Assembly: GCA_051652765.1 (NCBI GenBank)
Contig: JBOFUV010000037.1
Coordinates: 1 to 55,693, forward strand
DNA length: 55,693 nucleotides
From: Microcoleaceae cyanobacterium
Lineage (GTDB): Bacteria; Cyanobacteriota; Cyanobacteriia; Cyanobacteriales; Microcoleaceae
Reading direction: 5' to 3'
Position numbers and translations under genes: made by a program. This document shows positions 19,180-29,239 of this stretch, piece after piece (position 1 is the stretch's first letter; each line of letters begins with the position of its first letter). The notes beneath the pieces were generated by a model. It saw nothing but the letters and a program-made list of their open reading frames with translations, made no database searches and was not told the DNA's origin.

Positions 19180-20325
19180 GTGATGAATTTAACGATGAAT
19201 TTAGCAACGTTTGATGTTGCAATCGTAGGGGCTGGAGTTTCCGGATTAACCTGCGCTCAACAGTTGAAAACAGCAGGGTATTCTGTAATTGTTTTAGAAA
19301 AATCTCGCGGGGTTGGGGGTCGCTGTGCAACTCGTCGAATTCAGGGTCATAGCCAAACGACTCAAGACATCCGAGTGGATCATGGCCTTCGTTGCTTAGA
19401 AGTTCAAGGACAATTTACGCAAGATCTGATTGAACAATTAAGTGGTGTCAGAATCAGCGATCGCCCTGATTCCTGGATTCAGCTCTGGATAGCAGAAATT
19501 TATCAACACTCACCCGGCCAAACAATAGAACAGGTTAAATCTGTGGCCCGATCTCAATATAGTTTTGCAGAAGGCATGAATGGAGTGGGGAAATTTCTTG
19601 CTCAGGACTTAGAGATTTGGTTCAATCGGAGAGTGATTTCTGTAACACCAACAGATGAAAAATTCTGGCATTTAATGTTAGAAATTGCCCCTGAAACTGC
19701 AACAGAAAAACCTCAAGATCTTTATGCAAAGGTCGTTGTTCTTGCAATTCCAGCCCCCCAAGTTTCAACGATTATAGAACCTTTGGCTGCTCAAATTCCG
19801 CCAGAATTTTATACTTCAATTCATGCAATTCAATATGATCCTTGTATTACAGTGATGGCCGGTTATCCTGCTAGTAAACGAGCAGAATTCGATCCCGGAA
19901 ATCCGCCGTGGAAAGCAATTCAGTTCCTGCAAGATCCGGTCTTAGATTGGGTTGGATTGGACAGCAGCAAACGCTCAAATCCTCAATTCCCAATTTTTGT
20001 CTTGCAAAGTAGTTCAGCCTTTGCCCAACAGTTTTTAGACACTACCGATCTGCACTCCGTCGGTCAAACAATACTGCAACAGGCGGCAACGGCTCTCTAC
20101 CCTTGGTTGATAGAGCCAGAATGGATGCAAATCCATCGATGGCGCTATGGGTTTTGTCAGAATCCGTTACCCCAATCTTGCTTAACGACTTTAACGCCTC
20201 TGCCCTTGATTGGTCTAGGAGATTGGTGTGCCCAAGCTGTTGCAGGTTCAATCGAACGGGCTTTAACCTCAGGAACAGCCGCAGCAAATTGGGTGGTGGC
20301 AACATTGGCAGCTCAATCAAGATGA
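19180..20325 (+). CDS. FAD/NAD(P)-dependent oxidoreductase, renalase-like
   Basis: GAGVSG Rossmann motif, 'EKSRGVGGRCATRR', 'HRWRY', 'GDW'. Confidence 0.9.
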   Translation: MMNLTMNLATFDVAIVGAGVSGLTCAQQLKTAGYSVIVLEKSRGVGGRCATRRIQGHSQTTQDIRVDHGLRCLEVQGQFTQDLIEQLSGVRISDRPDSWIQLWIAEIYQHSPGQTIEQVKSVARSQYSFAEGMNGVGKFLAQDLEIWFNRRVISVTPTDEKFWHLMLEIAPETATEKPQDLYAKVVVLAIPAPQVSTIIEPLAAQIPPEFYTSIHAIQYDPCITVMAGYPASKRAEFDPGNPPWKAIQFLQDPVLDWVGLDSSKRSNPQFPIFVLQSSSAFAQQFLDTTDLHSVGQTILQQAATALYPWLIEPEWMQIHRWRYGFCQNPLPQSCLTTLTPLPLIGLGDWCAQAVAGSIERALTSGTAAANWVVATLAAQSR

Positions 20326-20353
20326 AGATAAAATTATGCCTAAATTCAACAAA

Positions 20354-20410
20354 CTGAAGGGGTGTCACTCCTTCAGCAAAGTCTCCCTCATCCAGGGGAA
20401 TTTTAGGGGC
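20354..20410. repeat. Hairpin plus degenerate 'AAAGTCCCCC..GGGGGATTTAGGGG'-type cyanobacterial repeat
   Basis: CTGAAGGGGT-GTC-ACTCCTTCAG hairpin, then AAAGTCTCCCTCATCCAGGGGAATTTTAGGGGC, related to the backbone of 50844-50935. Confidence 0.5.
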
Positions 20411-20501
20411 AAACTCCATATGATTTTGGTGTCAACACGAATCAATATTCAAACCAACCGGTAGAGCAAGCTAAAATCGGGTCTAAATAACCCCTGAAAA
20501 G

Positions 20502-22319
20502 ATGCTATCCGACATTCAGAATCACTGGGCTCAGGCTTATATCTCCCTCCTCGAAAAGGCCAAGATCGTCAAGGGCTACCCAGATGGGAGTTTTCGCCCT
20601 GATGCTCCCGTTTCCCGGGCTGAGTTTGCAACGTTAATGATCGCGACTTTTCCGGAGGCTCTGGTGATTCGAGGCGCGATCGCCTTCAAAGATGTGCCGA
20701 CCCAGCACTGGGCCAGCAAGGATATTCGCAGCGCCACCCAAAAAGGGTTTTTTGCGGGCTATCCGGACGGAACCTTTAGACCCAATCAACCGATTCCTCG
20801 GGTTCAGGTGACGATTGCCCTCGCTGCATTCCTAAAATACCCGATACCGCCCCAGCCGGGAGATCTACTCAAGCGCTATTTTGATGACGCTGCAGACATT
20901 CCCAACTATGCCAAACCTTTAACCGCAGCAGCAGTCAGGGGTTTGATTGTGAACTACCCAGAGGTTCGACGATTTCACCCGAATCGTGGGGCAACGCGGG
21001 GAGAAGTCTCCACGTTTTTGGGGACTGCTTTAGGATTTAAGGAACTCCCCCAGTATGTGGCCTCAGAACGGCCTGATCCGCAGTTGTTTGCGATCGCCCC
21101 TCAGTTTCTGGCTGCGGAGACATTTGAAGCGGGGCTGGCCCTAATTAAAAAAGAGTCCGGAGGCCAATGTTTTATCAACCCTTCGGGTCAAGTTGGTTTT
21201 CCCAAGACTCCTGGAATTTCCCTAATTGGAAGCCAATTTTCAGAGGGGTTAATTGCGGTGAGTCATAGCCAGGAACGGACTGCGGGTTACCTCGATCGGA
21301 CTGAAAAAACCTTTATTCCGTTGGAGTTTCTCCGGGATCAACCCTATGGTGATGATTTTATGGGGGTTCACTTTGGGGATTTTTCGGAGGGAATGGTAAG
21401 GGTTACCTATCTGAATAAAGCTGGATATACTGATAAGACGGGAAAGTGGGTGATTCAGCCCCAATTTGACCATGCTGGGGATTTTCATCAACAACGGGCT
21501 TGGGTCGATCAACCGGAAATTAGAGACGGATATTCTATCCACAAATATGGCTATATTGACCCAACCGGCAATGTTGTGATTGCTCCGCAATTTCATAAGG
21601 CAGGTAATTTTAAACAGGGCCTTGCTTGGGTGTCAACGTTCTCAGATCGGGGCTACGGCTACATTAATCTGACTGGGGAATTGGTGATTGAGCCTCGGTT
21701 TTATGAAGCGGGGGATTTTGACCAGGGCATTGCCTTGGTGAATTTTGAAGGCAAGTGGGGCTACATTAATCTGGCCGGGGAGTGGGTGATGCCGCCTCGA
21801 TTTCAGGAAATTGGCAGTTTTGTCAATGATCTGGCTCCGGCTCGGCTGAGCTATGAGGACAAATGGGGCTACATCAACCGGGCTGGAGAGTGGGTAATTC
21901 AGCCTCAGTTTGACTCGGCCAATAATTTTTCTGAGGGGATGGCGCTGGTCTCGCAAAATGAAAAGACACGGTTTATTGATCCGACGGGGCAGACTGTTTT
22001 CGAGGTTGATCCCCAGATTTCTGAAGTGAGACCGTTTTCGGAAGGGTTAGCCGCTGTTGCCTTTCCCCAGGACTATCAACCGGATCAGGTTCAGTACAAG
22101 TGGGGCTATCTGGATCGGCAGGGGAAGTTAGTCATTCAGCCGCAAGCGTTCTTCCATGCGGGTTCCTTTTCTGGAGGTTTGGCGCAAGTGCAACTTTACG
22201 ATAGGTGGATCAGGGAAGGAGTGGGCTGTGATGGCATGGGTGGCCCCGGTGAATGGATCTGGGTGCTGACAGGGGGAAAATGGGGCTATCTCTCAAACCC
22301 CTTAAAACCCAAAGCCTAA
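20502..22319 (+). CDS. S-layer homology (SLH) plus WG-repeat protein
   Basis: Three SLH repeats (GYPDGSFRPD..SRAE; GYPDGTFRPN..PRVQ; FHPNRGATRGE) followed by many 'KWGYI..GE.VI.P.F..A..F.EG.A' repeats. Confidence 0.92.
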   Translation: MLSDIQNHWAQAYISLLEKAKIVKGYPDGSFRPDAPVSRAEFATLMIATFPEALVIRGAIAFKDVPTQHWASKDIRSATQKGFFAGYPDGTFRPNQPIPRVQVTIALAAFLKYPIPPQPGDLLKRYFDDAADIPNYAKPLTAAAVRGLIVNYPEVRRFHPNRGATRGEVSTFLGTALGFKELPQYVASERPDPQLFAIAPQFLAAETFEAGLALIKKESGGQCFINPSGQVGFPKTPGISLIGSQFSEGLIAVSHSQERTAGYLDRTEKTFIPLEFLRDQPYGDDFMGVHFGDFSEGMVRVTYLNKAGYTDKTGKWVIQPQFDHAGDFHQQRAWVDQPEIRDGYSIHKYGYIDPTGNVVIAPQFHKAGNFKQGLAWVSTFSDRGYGYINLTGELVIEPRFYEAGDFDQGIALVNFEGKWGYINLAGEWVMPPRFQEIGSFVNDLAPARLSYEDKWGYINRAGEWVIQPQFDSANNFSEGMALVSQNEKTRFIDPTGQTVFEVDPQISEVRPFSEGLAAVAFPQDYQPDQVQYKWGYLDRQGKLVIQPQAFFHAGSFSGGLAQVQLYDRWIREGVGCDGMGGPGEWIWVLTGGKWGYLSNPLKPKA

Positions 22320-22327
22320 GCCATTAA

Positions 22328-23290
22328 CTAAGCCATTAACATGGGTTCTCGTTGATCCATGTCTTGGAACATGGGGGTGCTGAGGTACCGTTCCCCAAAG
22401 CTGGGCTGAATCATCACAATGAGTTTACCTTGATTGATGGGGCGCTGGCCAACTTTGATTGCGGCACAGAGGGCTGCCCCGGAGGAAATCCCCGATAGAA
22501 TTCCTTCTTCCTTGGCGAGACGGCGACCGTAGTGCATGGCTTCCTCATCAGTAACAGTCACCACTTCATCAATAATTTCGGTGTTTAATACCTCGGGGAC
22601 AAATCCTGCGCCAATCCCTTGAATTTTATGGGGGCCGGGATTGCCGCCGGAGAGAATGGGACTGTTGGCGGGTTCAACGGCGATCGCCTGAAACGTTGGC
22701 TTTTTCTGCTTGATGGCTTCTGCAATTCCCGTAATCGTTCCCCCGGTTCCCACGCCGGAGATCAAGATATCAACTTTTCCATCCGTATCTTCCCAAATTT
22801 CTCGAGCTGTGGTTTGGCGGTGAATTTCAGGGTTGGCCGGGTTCTGAAACTGTTGCAGCATGTAGGCATTGGGGGTTGAGTCTAAAAGTTCTTGGGCCCG
22901 TTGAATGGCCCCTTTCATGCCCATCGGCCCTGGAGTCAGTTCTAGCTGAGCCCCATAGGCTTTTAACATCGCTCGCCGTTCTAAACTCATGGTTTCTGGC
23001 ATGGTCAAGATCAATCGATATCCCATGGCTGCGGCAGCCATAGCTAGGGCAATGCCTGTATTTCCGGAAGTGGGCTCAATTAACGTGGTTTGTCCGGGAA
23101 TAATCACGCCTTCCTGTTCGGCGGCATTGATCATATTCACGCCAATTCGATCCTTCACGGAGGCAGCAGGATTCATGCCCTCTAATTTCACCACAATCTG
23201 AGCCAGACATCCTTCGGCTTGAGGAATTGAATTCAGTTGAACGAGGGGTGTCCGACCGACAAGTTCAGTGATGTTGTGAGCAATTCGCAT
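22328..23290 (-). CDS. cysK: Cysteine synthase A
   Basis: PLP lysine motif 'SVKDRIG', 'EPTSGNTG', 'GVGTGGT', '[10 protein letters not shown]'. Confidence 0.97.
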   Translation of the reverse strand: MRIAHNITELVGRTPLVQLNSIPQAEGCLAQIVVKLEGMNPAASVKDRIGVNMINAAEQEGVIIPGQTTLIEPTSGNTGIALAMAAAAMGYRLILTMPETMSLERRAMLKAYGAQLELTPGPMGMKGAIQRAQELLDSTPNAYMLQQFQNPANPEIHRQTTAREIWEDTDGKVDILISGVGTGGTITGIAEAIKQKKPTFQAIAVEPANSPILSGGNPGPHKIQGIGAGFVPEVLNTEIIDEVVTVTDEEAMHYGRRLAKEEGILSGISSGAALCAAIKVGQRPINQGKLIVMIQPSFGERYLSTPMFQDMDQREPMLMA

Positions 23291-23556
23291 GATTTTAAAT
23301 CCTTTTCAAAAGTTAACCAGGGTTGTCAATGTTAAAAACCAGGGTTAGTGAATTCGTAACATTAAACCCGGACTGATTGTTGTTTTCTAGTAACGGTTTA
23401 ACAATAGTTTAAAATGTCTTCCTACTGTCAAACCAAGGTAAAATGCCCAAGATTATCAGTATTAGGGATGTTCAGCGAGTCTTGAAGACTGTTTGCAATT
23501 TCAGAATCGGCAGCAGAACTGTTTAGTTCCTCCCCTAGACCCAAGAACTTCTCGAG

Positions 23557-24036
23557 TTAATTTTGCTGGGTTGAATCCCGTTGGGTTGAAGGCTCTAATT
23601 GCAAATTAGCCTGATCCAGTTTTTGAGCAGAAAAAGTTAAAAAGTTACCAAATGCGCCAATCGTTCGATAGCGTTTATCTAAAACATCACTGGTATAAAC
23701 ACTAAATAACACTGCATTTTGACGCTTTGTCGATTTGTCAAGATAACCTTCAATCGTGGTGCGTTGATCGGTGACAACTGAGTTGCAGAAGTTCACAATC
23801 GACTTGGAAAAATTCTTCAGAAATTCGGGAATCTCGGATTCTTGACACCAATTCTGTTTGACTTCCTGGGATAATTTGCTGTACGCATAACTCAGATAAC
23901 TGGCACGGGAGGGATTCGTTAGAGCCATCGTTCCAGCAAGAATAGCTAACAAAATTGCGCCCTTGCCCAGACAGCCGCCCAAACCCGACTTGGACTTGTT
24001 CGCGTTTAAATCTTTGTTATCAGAAATTTCAACCAT
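23557..24036 (-). CDS. DUF4359-like membrane-anchored protein
   Basis: TM followed by 'TNPS...Y', two Cys, 'T.RQN.VLFSVY', 'TIGAFGNF'. Confidence 0.75.
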   Translation of the reverse strand: MVEISDNKDLNANKSKSGLGGCLGKGAILLAILAGTMALTNPSRASYLSYAYSKLSQEVKQNWCQESEIPEFLKNFSKSIVNFCNSVVTDQRTTIEGYLDKSTKRQNAVLFSVYTSDVLDKRYRTIGAFGNFLTFSAQKLDQANLQLEPSTQRDSTQQN

Positions 24037-24084
24037 TTTTTGCTTAGTTTATGTTCAGTTTATATTTGATTTTTTCAACACTTT

Positions 24085-24136
24085 AAATCTTACTTAGAAA
24101 TCTTACTTAGAAATCTTACCTAGAAATCTTACTTAG
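24085..24136. repeat. 13-bp tandem repeat x4 (AAATCTTACTTAG) spanning the M48 gene stop codon
   Basis: Copies start at 24085, 24098, 24111 (one mismatch) and 24124. Confidence 0.92.
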
Positions 24137-25088
24137 ATTTCATCCGGTCAATCTCCCGTTGTAACTTCTCAATTTGACGGCGCAGGGTTTCTACTTCCTC
24201 AGCAGGTTCCTCAATATCTACATTGATAGCGCTCTCTGCCGAGGACTGCTGGTAATTACCCTGACGAATTTGCCGATAGTCTTCAGAGGCTGACCACTCT
24301 TTCAAATACTGAATTCGTTCGACAGGAAATGGATGGCTCAACATTGAGCCCTGACCCCCATTGTAGAGCAAGAACTTATAAACTTGATTGAGGCCATCTT
24401 GATCCAAGCTTTGATATTGCTGGGATTGTCGTGTGAATTCTTCTAGGCTGCATTCATGACTATATTTGAGGCTCATCCCAGCCATTTGCATCAGCGATCG
24501 CAGGACGCATTTCAGGTCATCTGTGACCAAAAGGGCAGCCCGATCCGCAGAAAGTTCGGCCTTGCGTCGCCATTCATAGAACGCATAAATCAACCCACTG
24601 CTAACTAGATTCCCAATGCCCATGGTTAAATCCCCAATCGTTGAAGCCACACCCATGGCCCAAATTGCCATCTGATTTAAGATAGAATGACCGCACTTAA
24701 TATGACCCAGTTCATGGGCTAAAACAGCTCGAAGTTCCGCTTCATCAACTAAATCGAGGAGTCCAGTATTTAAAACAACATAGGGATGTTCTTTGCCCAG
24801 GGAATAGCTATTAACTTGGGGGTTTTGAGCTACAAAAAGATCGGGTTCTGGGTATAGATCAAGGTCGCGAACACAGGCTCGAAACAGATGGTAAATGCTT
24901 GCATATTGTCGAGGCCCAACTTGAATACTGTTCCCCATGAGATAAACGTATTGGGGGCGTTCATAGAGGAATTCAACAAATTTACTCGCCACTAGATCAA
25001 ACCCTGGCACACTTCGAAGGGAGGCTTCAGCTTGCTGATCTAGGGGATGACGAAATGCTTCACTTGAAATTCCGGTATAAGTCGGCAT
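24129..25088 (-). CDS. M48-family zinc metallopeptidase
   Basis: HELGH (HExxH), 'ELSADR', 'SHPFPVERI'; C-terminal coiled coil. Confidence 0.92.
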   Translation of the reverse strand: MPTYTGISSEAFRHPLDQQAEASLRSVPGFDLVASKFVEFLYERPQYVYLMGNSIQVGPRQYASIYHLFRACVRDLDLYPEPDLFVAQNPQVNSYSLGKEHPYVVLNTGLLDLVDEAELRAVLAHELGHIKCGHSILNQMAIWAMGVASTIGDLTMGIGNLVSSGLIYAFYEWRRKAELSADRAALLVTDDLKCVLRSLMQMAGMSLKYSHECSLEEFTRQSQQYQSLDQDGLNQVYKFLLYNGGQGSMLSHPFPVERIQYLKEWSASEDYRQIRQGNYQQSSAESAINVDIEEPAEEVETLRRQIEKLQREIDRMKSK

Positions 25089-25129
25089 AGTTGAGAAATT
25101 AAAGTTAAAAGAGTAATATCGATCCTATA

Positions 25130-25171
25130 ACTGTTCTATTAACACTGTTCTATTAACACTGTTTTACTAAC
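25130..25171. repeat. 14-bp tandem repeat x3 (ACTGTTCTATTAAC)
   Basis: Copies start at 25130, 25144 and 25158 (degenerate), in a divergent promoter region. Confidence 0.85.
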
Positions 25172-25251
25172 AGTATCATCTAAGGTTCTAAATTTTCAGC
25201 GTGAACAATTAACACTACGGTATTATTGTGACATAGTTACTGATACATTGG

Positions 25252-25914
25252 ATGAATTTTCAACCTAGCCAATGGATGGCGATCGCCCTTCCTGTCACCC
25301 TGATTGCGTTGATGGGAAGTCAGCCTAGTGTTGCTGATCCAATGCAGCGGCAAGTTGAAGAAGTTGCGAACTATCTGATTGGCAAGATGGAGACTTCTAC
25401 CTCGTTAACAGCAAGAACCGATCAGCCAAAAGTTCGGATGACGACTTGCAAAGTTAGGTTTAGAAATGGGAGTCAAGCTGCTCAAAGTGCCTCAATTATT
25501 TTCCTGTATCAAGAACAGGCAAGGGTAGATAATCTAGCGCAACCCTACCGCCAACGGCTCCTACAAATTCGGCCCAGTTTAGATGGACAAGCAGTGGAGT
25601 CGGCAACCTACAATGTGTTAAATCCACAAGTGTGGATCAATCAATGTGACCAACCTGAAGCCGACCGAATTGTGGAATCAAACGAGATCGGTGAATATCA
25701 CTGCAGTATGTTCTTACATCAAGTTCAGACAGCTTACATTGGCCAAACTCAAGCCGAAGGGTGTCCTTCGAACTACAGAGGCGCGGTGAGAATCACGAAT
25801 CATGTGGTGCTAGATGATAATGGCATGGAAACCTTTGATCAAGGATTTGATCAGGAGGGAAATCAAGTTTGGGGAGCTGAAAATCAGCCCTATCAGTACC
25901 AACGCATCCAATGA
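25252..25914 (+). CDS. CpcT/CpeT-like (bilin lyase fold) protein with N-terminal signal peptide
   Basis: 'FLYQEQA....QPYRQR' and 'DQGFDQEGNQVWG....Y' T-type lyase motifs; hydrophobic N-terminus ending SVA. Confidence 0.8.
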   Translation: MNFQPSQWMAIALPVTLIALMGSQPSVADPMQRQVEEVANYLIGKMETSTSLTARTDQPKVRMTTCKVRFRNGSQAAQSASIIFLYQEQARVDNLAQPYRQRLLQIRPSLDGQAVESATYNVLNPQVWINQCDQPEADRIVESNEIGEYHCSMFLHQVQTAYIGQTQAEGCPSNYRGAVRITNHVVLDDNGMETFDQGFDQEGNQVWGAENQPYQYQRIQ

Positions 25915-26062
25915 AACAATTTTTTGACCCGTGATGATCATCAAGGGCAAAGTGTTAAGTGCTTAAGAACCCTGATCAAGATTGGGTATTGAGGATAGAG
26001 ATTTAAAAACCTTAAAAAAACTTTAAAGAAACTTAAAGAAAACCAAAGAAACATTAAAGCAA

Positions 26063-29014
26063 CTAAAACCGAGATTTGTACTGAAGTTGAGAAAAAACCA
26101 AACTCACTAATGTGCCAGAATTTCCGTTAAAATGAAGTTCACCTCGTAACTGTTTGGACAAAATTCGGACTAGCTTTAATCCCAAAGAGGATGAATCTTC
26201 CCAATTGATTTCTGGCGGAATACCAATGCCATTGTCCCAAATTCTAAGATGAATTTTTTGCTGTTCATCCTGATAAAGTTCAATGTGAACTTCTCTAGAT
26301 GGCTGATCTAAAAAAGCATGTTTAAAACAGTTCGTCACCAATTCATTGATAATCAAACCACAAGGAATTGCCGTTTCCAAATTGAGTTGAATTGGTTCAA
26401 CTTCAATGATCGGTTGAACAGCTTTAATATCTTCGTTGAGAGAGAAGAAAATATTCTCAACTAAGCGATGAATATAATCTCCAAAATTAACTTTCCCTAA
26501 ATCATCGGATTGATAAAGTTGTTCATGAACTAATGCCATACTTCTAATTCGATTTTGACTCTCTTCAAACAAGTGAAGTAGGTGTTCATCCTGAATCGAA
26601 TCAGACTGTAAGTCGAGCAGGTTTGAGATAATATGAAGATTATTTTTGACCCGATGATGAATTTCTTTAAGCAAGATTTCTTTTTCTTTTAGGGCAGTCT
26701 GAATTTGTTCTTCCGATCGCTTCCGATCGGTAATATCTGCTGAAATTCCAGAGACTCGATAGACCTGTCCAACTTCATCTTTGATTGGAAAAGCTTGATC
26801 ATAGATCCAGCGAATTTCTCCATCAGGTTTTACAATCCGATACTTTACGTCACACTTATCATAGAGTTGTTGCTCAAAGTACATAAATACAACTCTTTGA
26901 TCCTCAGGATAGATCGTTTTAAAAAAGGCTTGAGGAGATTGATAGATTTCTCGCCGGGGTCGTCCCCAGATTTTTTCATAGGCTGGAGAAACATAGATTT
27001 TTTGCTGAGTTTGAGGGTCACTCATCCAGAGAACACTCTCAATATTTTCCGTGAGTTGACGGAATAATTCTTCATTTTGTCGCAGGGCAATTTCAGTTTC
27101 CGTATGATCGTAGGCTTCCATTGCCAGAGAAATCATATGGGCTAAATATGCTGCAAAGTTTTGTTCTTCTAGTTGCCATTGCCGAGCAGAACCAAGATGT
27201 TCTAAATGAAGAACGCCAAGGGTAAGTTCTCCAGAACAAATTGGAATATCTAGAATGGCAAAGTTTCCTGTATAGTTGCTTAAATTATTCAGACTCAAGA
27301 CCAAAAACTCTGGATCATAAGAGACCGTTCGGGCATCAATTTCAGAAACAAAAGAATTTTGTTCTAAATTTTTAAAATAAGTTGCATAGTCTTCAACGAC
27401 TCGAATTCCTCCAGTGCTATGAATTCGAGTCGTTAGAGTGTATAAATCAGAGCATTCGACCTGTGAATGATCAACATTATAGAACCAAATACTAACTTGT
27501 TCTATATCGAGGGTATGGGCAGCTAACTGAATAACTTTTTTCAATGCTACGTCAAGATTTCCCTTATGAATTTCAGAGTATTTAGAAAGTTCCATCATCA
27601 CCATTTGCTGCAACTGGAGACGACATTGATTCATTTCTTTCTCGCCCTCAGATTTTTGAAGTTGTAGGGTTCGTTCTTCAACTCGTTGTTCTAAGTCATG
27701 ATTGATTTGTTCAACTTGAAAGAATAAATTCTGAAGTTGTTGTGCCATCTGATCAAATGAACACGATAAACTATCAAGTTCTTGAATGCTGAATCGTTTA
27801 GGGGTTTGATGCAATTTCCAGCTTTCCAAATAATCGGTAAAGCGCTGTTGAGAAATTTGATCGGAAGCACAAACCGAGGCGATCGCCATTGTTGTTTGAT
27901 TTAATTTTTGCACTGGATTTGTAATCCAACGGGCTGTTAAAATCGCGATATAGGCTGCAATGACTAAAGCAATTAAACTGAGTAAGATAGCGTACCGCAC
28001 ATGGTCATAAACTTCTCCCATAAATTGAGCTACGGGGAGAACAACGATAATGCGCCAATCCAAACCCAACTGATCTCGCCAAGGCAGAACTTGAATAAAA
28101 TAATCTTGATTGTCAACTCTGAAACTAAAGTTTTGATCGGTCAAAATTTTAGAGAACTGAGTAGATTGTTCAACGAGAAATTGAGCAGTTGCACGAATTA
28201 ATAGGTTCTGACTGTCAGTGGCATAGATCCGTTTTGGGACTTGATTAACGACTTGAAAAACAGAGTCTTGTCCAGAACTTGCCACCAGTAATCCAGATTG
28301 CTCAACGACAAAAATAACCCCAGCTTGAGTTGCCTGAATTTGGTGCAAAACCTTTGAAATATCTGAGAGGGTTTGATCAACGCCTAAGACACCAATTAAA
28401 TTTTGGCGGCGATCATAGAGGGGAAAACTGGCTGAAATTGCTAAGACTTCCGGCTGTTTATCCCATTGATAGATCTCACTCCAAATCGGTTGTCTTGCGC
28501 TTACTGCATCTGTGTACCACCGTTCACGACGATGGTTATAGGGGTAGTTTTTGAGGAGTTCCGTGGGGTTCCCCTGGGGATCGGTTGCATACTCTTTGAG
28601 AATGCTCGGGTTGGGCTGGAGCATCATATCAATGCCAAAACTTCCGTCTTGCCTCTGGTATGCCCCAACGAACTCTCCTGTGGGAGTGCCAAAGTTGATA
28701 TGGCTGACATTAAATTCATGGGTTTGCTGCCAGAACAGGTGGCTCAGATCCTTTAAATCTTTCGGACTGACGAGTCCTGCTTGAATGATGTCCTGATTGA
28801 TTCGATTAATTAAAAAGGGCGGCTTAAAATGGGTTTCAAGATGATTGGCAACTTGCAAGCCAACGTTACGACTGAGTTCCAAAGCTAGGGAGTTTGCTGC
28901 CCGCTCGCCACTTCGGAGAGAGAGCCACTCGGCAATCCCAACGGCAACTGCAATTTGTAGAATAAAAGATCCTATTAGCACCCAACTGAGGGGGGCTGAG
29001 ACAAGCTTTGCCAT
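26063..29014 (-). CDS. Membrane sensor histidine kinase (dCache-HAMP-GAF-PAS-HisKA_2-HATPase)
   Basis: H-box 'EIHHRVKNNL', 'NELVTNCFKHAF', 'DNGIG', 'SLGL'; two TMs flanking a Cache-like region 'R.RWY..A..P.WS..Y'. Start uncertain (ORF open to 29194; ATG at 29014 used). Confidence 0.9.
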   Translation of the reverse strand: MAKLVSAPLSWVLIGSFILQIAVAVGIAEWLSLRSGERAANSLALELSRNVGLQVANHLETHFKPPFLINRINQDIIQAGLVSPKDLKDLSHLFWQQTHEFNVSHINFGTPTGEFVGAYQRQDGSFGIDMMLQPNPSILKEYATDPQGNPTELLKNYPYNHRRERWYTDAVSARQPIWSEIYQWDKQPEVLAISASFPLYDRRQNLIGVLGVDQTLSDISKVLHQIQATQAGVIFVVEQSGLLVASSGQDSVFQVVNQVPKRIYATDSQNLLIRATAQFLVEQSTQFSKILTDQNFSFRVDNQDYFIQVLPWRDQLGLDWRIIVVLPVAQFMGEVYDHVRYAILLSLIALVIAAYIAILTARWITNPVQKLNQTTMAIASVCASDQISQQRFTDYLESWKLHQTPKRFSIQELDSLSCSFDQMAQQLQNLFFQVEQINHDLEQRVEERTLQLQKSEGEKEMNQCRLQLQQMVMMELSKYSEIHKGNLDVALKKVIQLAAHTLDIEQVSIWFYNVDHSQVECSDLYTLTTRIHSTGGIRVVEDYATYFKNLEQNSFVSEIDARTVSYDPEFLVLSLNNLSNYTGNFAILDIPICSGELTLGVLHLEHLGSARQWQLEEQNFAAYLAHMISLAMEAYDHTETEIALRQNEELFRQLTENIESVLWMSDPQTQQKIYVSPAYEKIWGRPRREIYQSPQAFFKTIYPEDQRVVFMYFEQQLYDKCDVKYRIVKPDGEIRWIYDQAFPIKDEVGQVYRVSGISADITDRKRSEEQIQTALKEKEILLKEIHHRVKNNLHIISNLLDLQSDSIQDEHLLHLFEESQNRIRSMALVHEQLYQSDDLGKVNFGDYIHRLVENIFFSLNEDIKAVQPIIEVEPIQLNLETAIPCGLIINELVTNCFKHAFLDQPSREVHIELYQDEQQKIHLRIWDNGIGIPPEINWEDSSSLGLKLVRILSKQLRGELHFNGNSGTLVSLVFSQLQYKSRF

Positions 29015-29239
29015 TGACGAGGACGATTGAACGACATTTACGGATGCTTGAGTCTGACTTTCCGACTCCTTTCGGGCAGCAAGCGATATCAATAGGAGGA
29101 TTGAGAGGGATCTAAATCGTTTTGCTGCCGATAATGGGAGTTTAAAAAAGTTCTCTAAAATTGCTCTAAAATTCTCTAAGATAACTCCAATCAAGAATTG
29201 ATAGTACTAAGCGAGTACTCACTTAGTACCAAAAAATCA

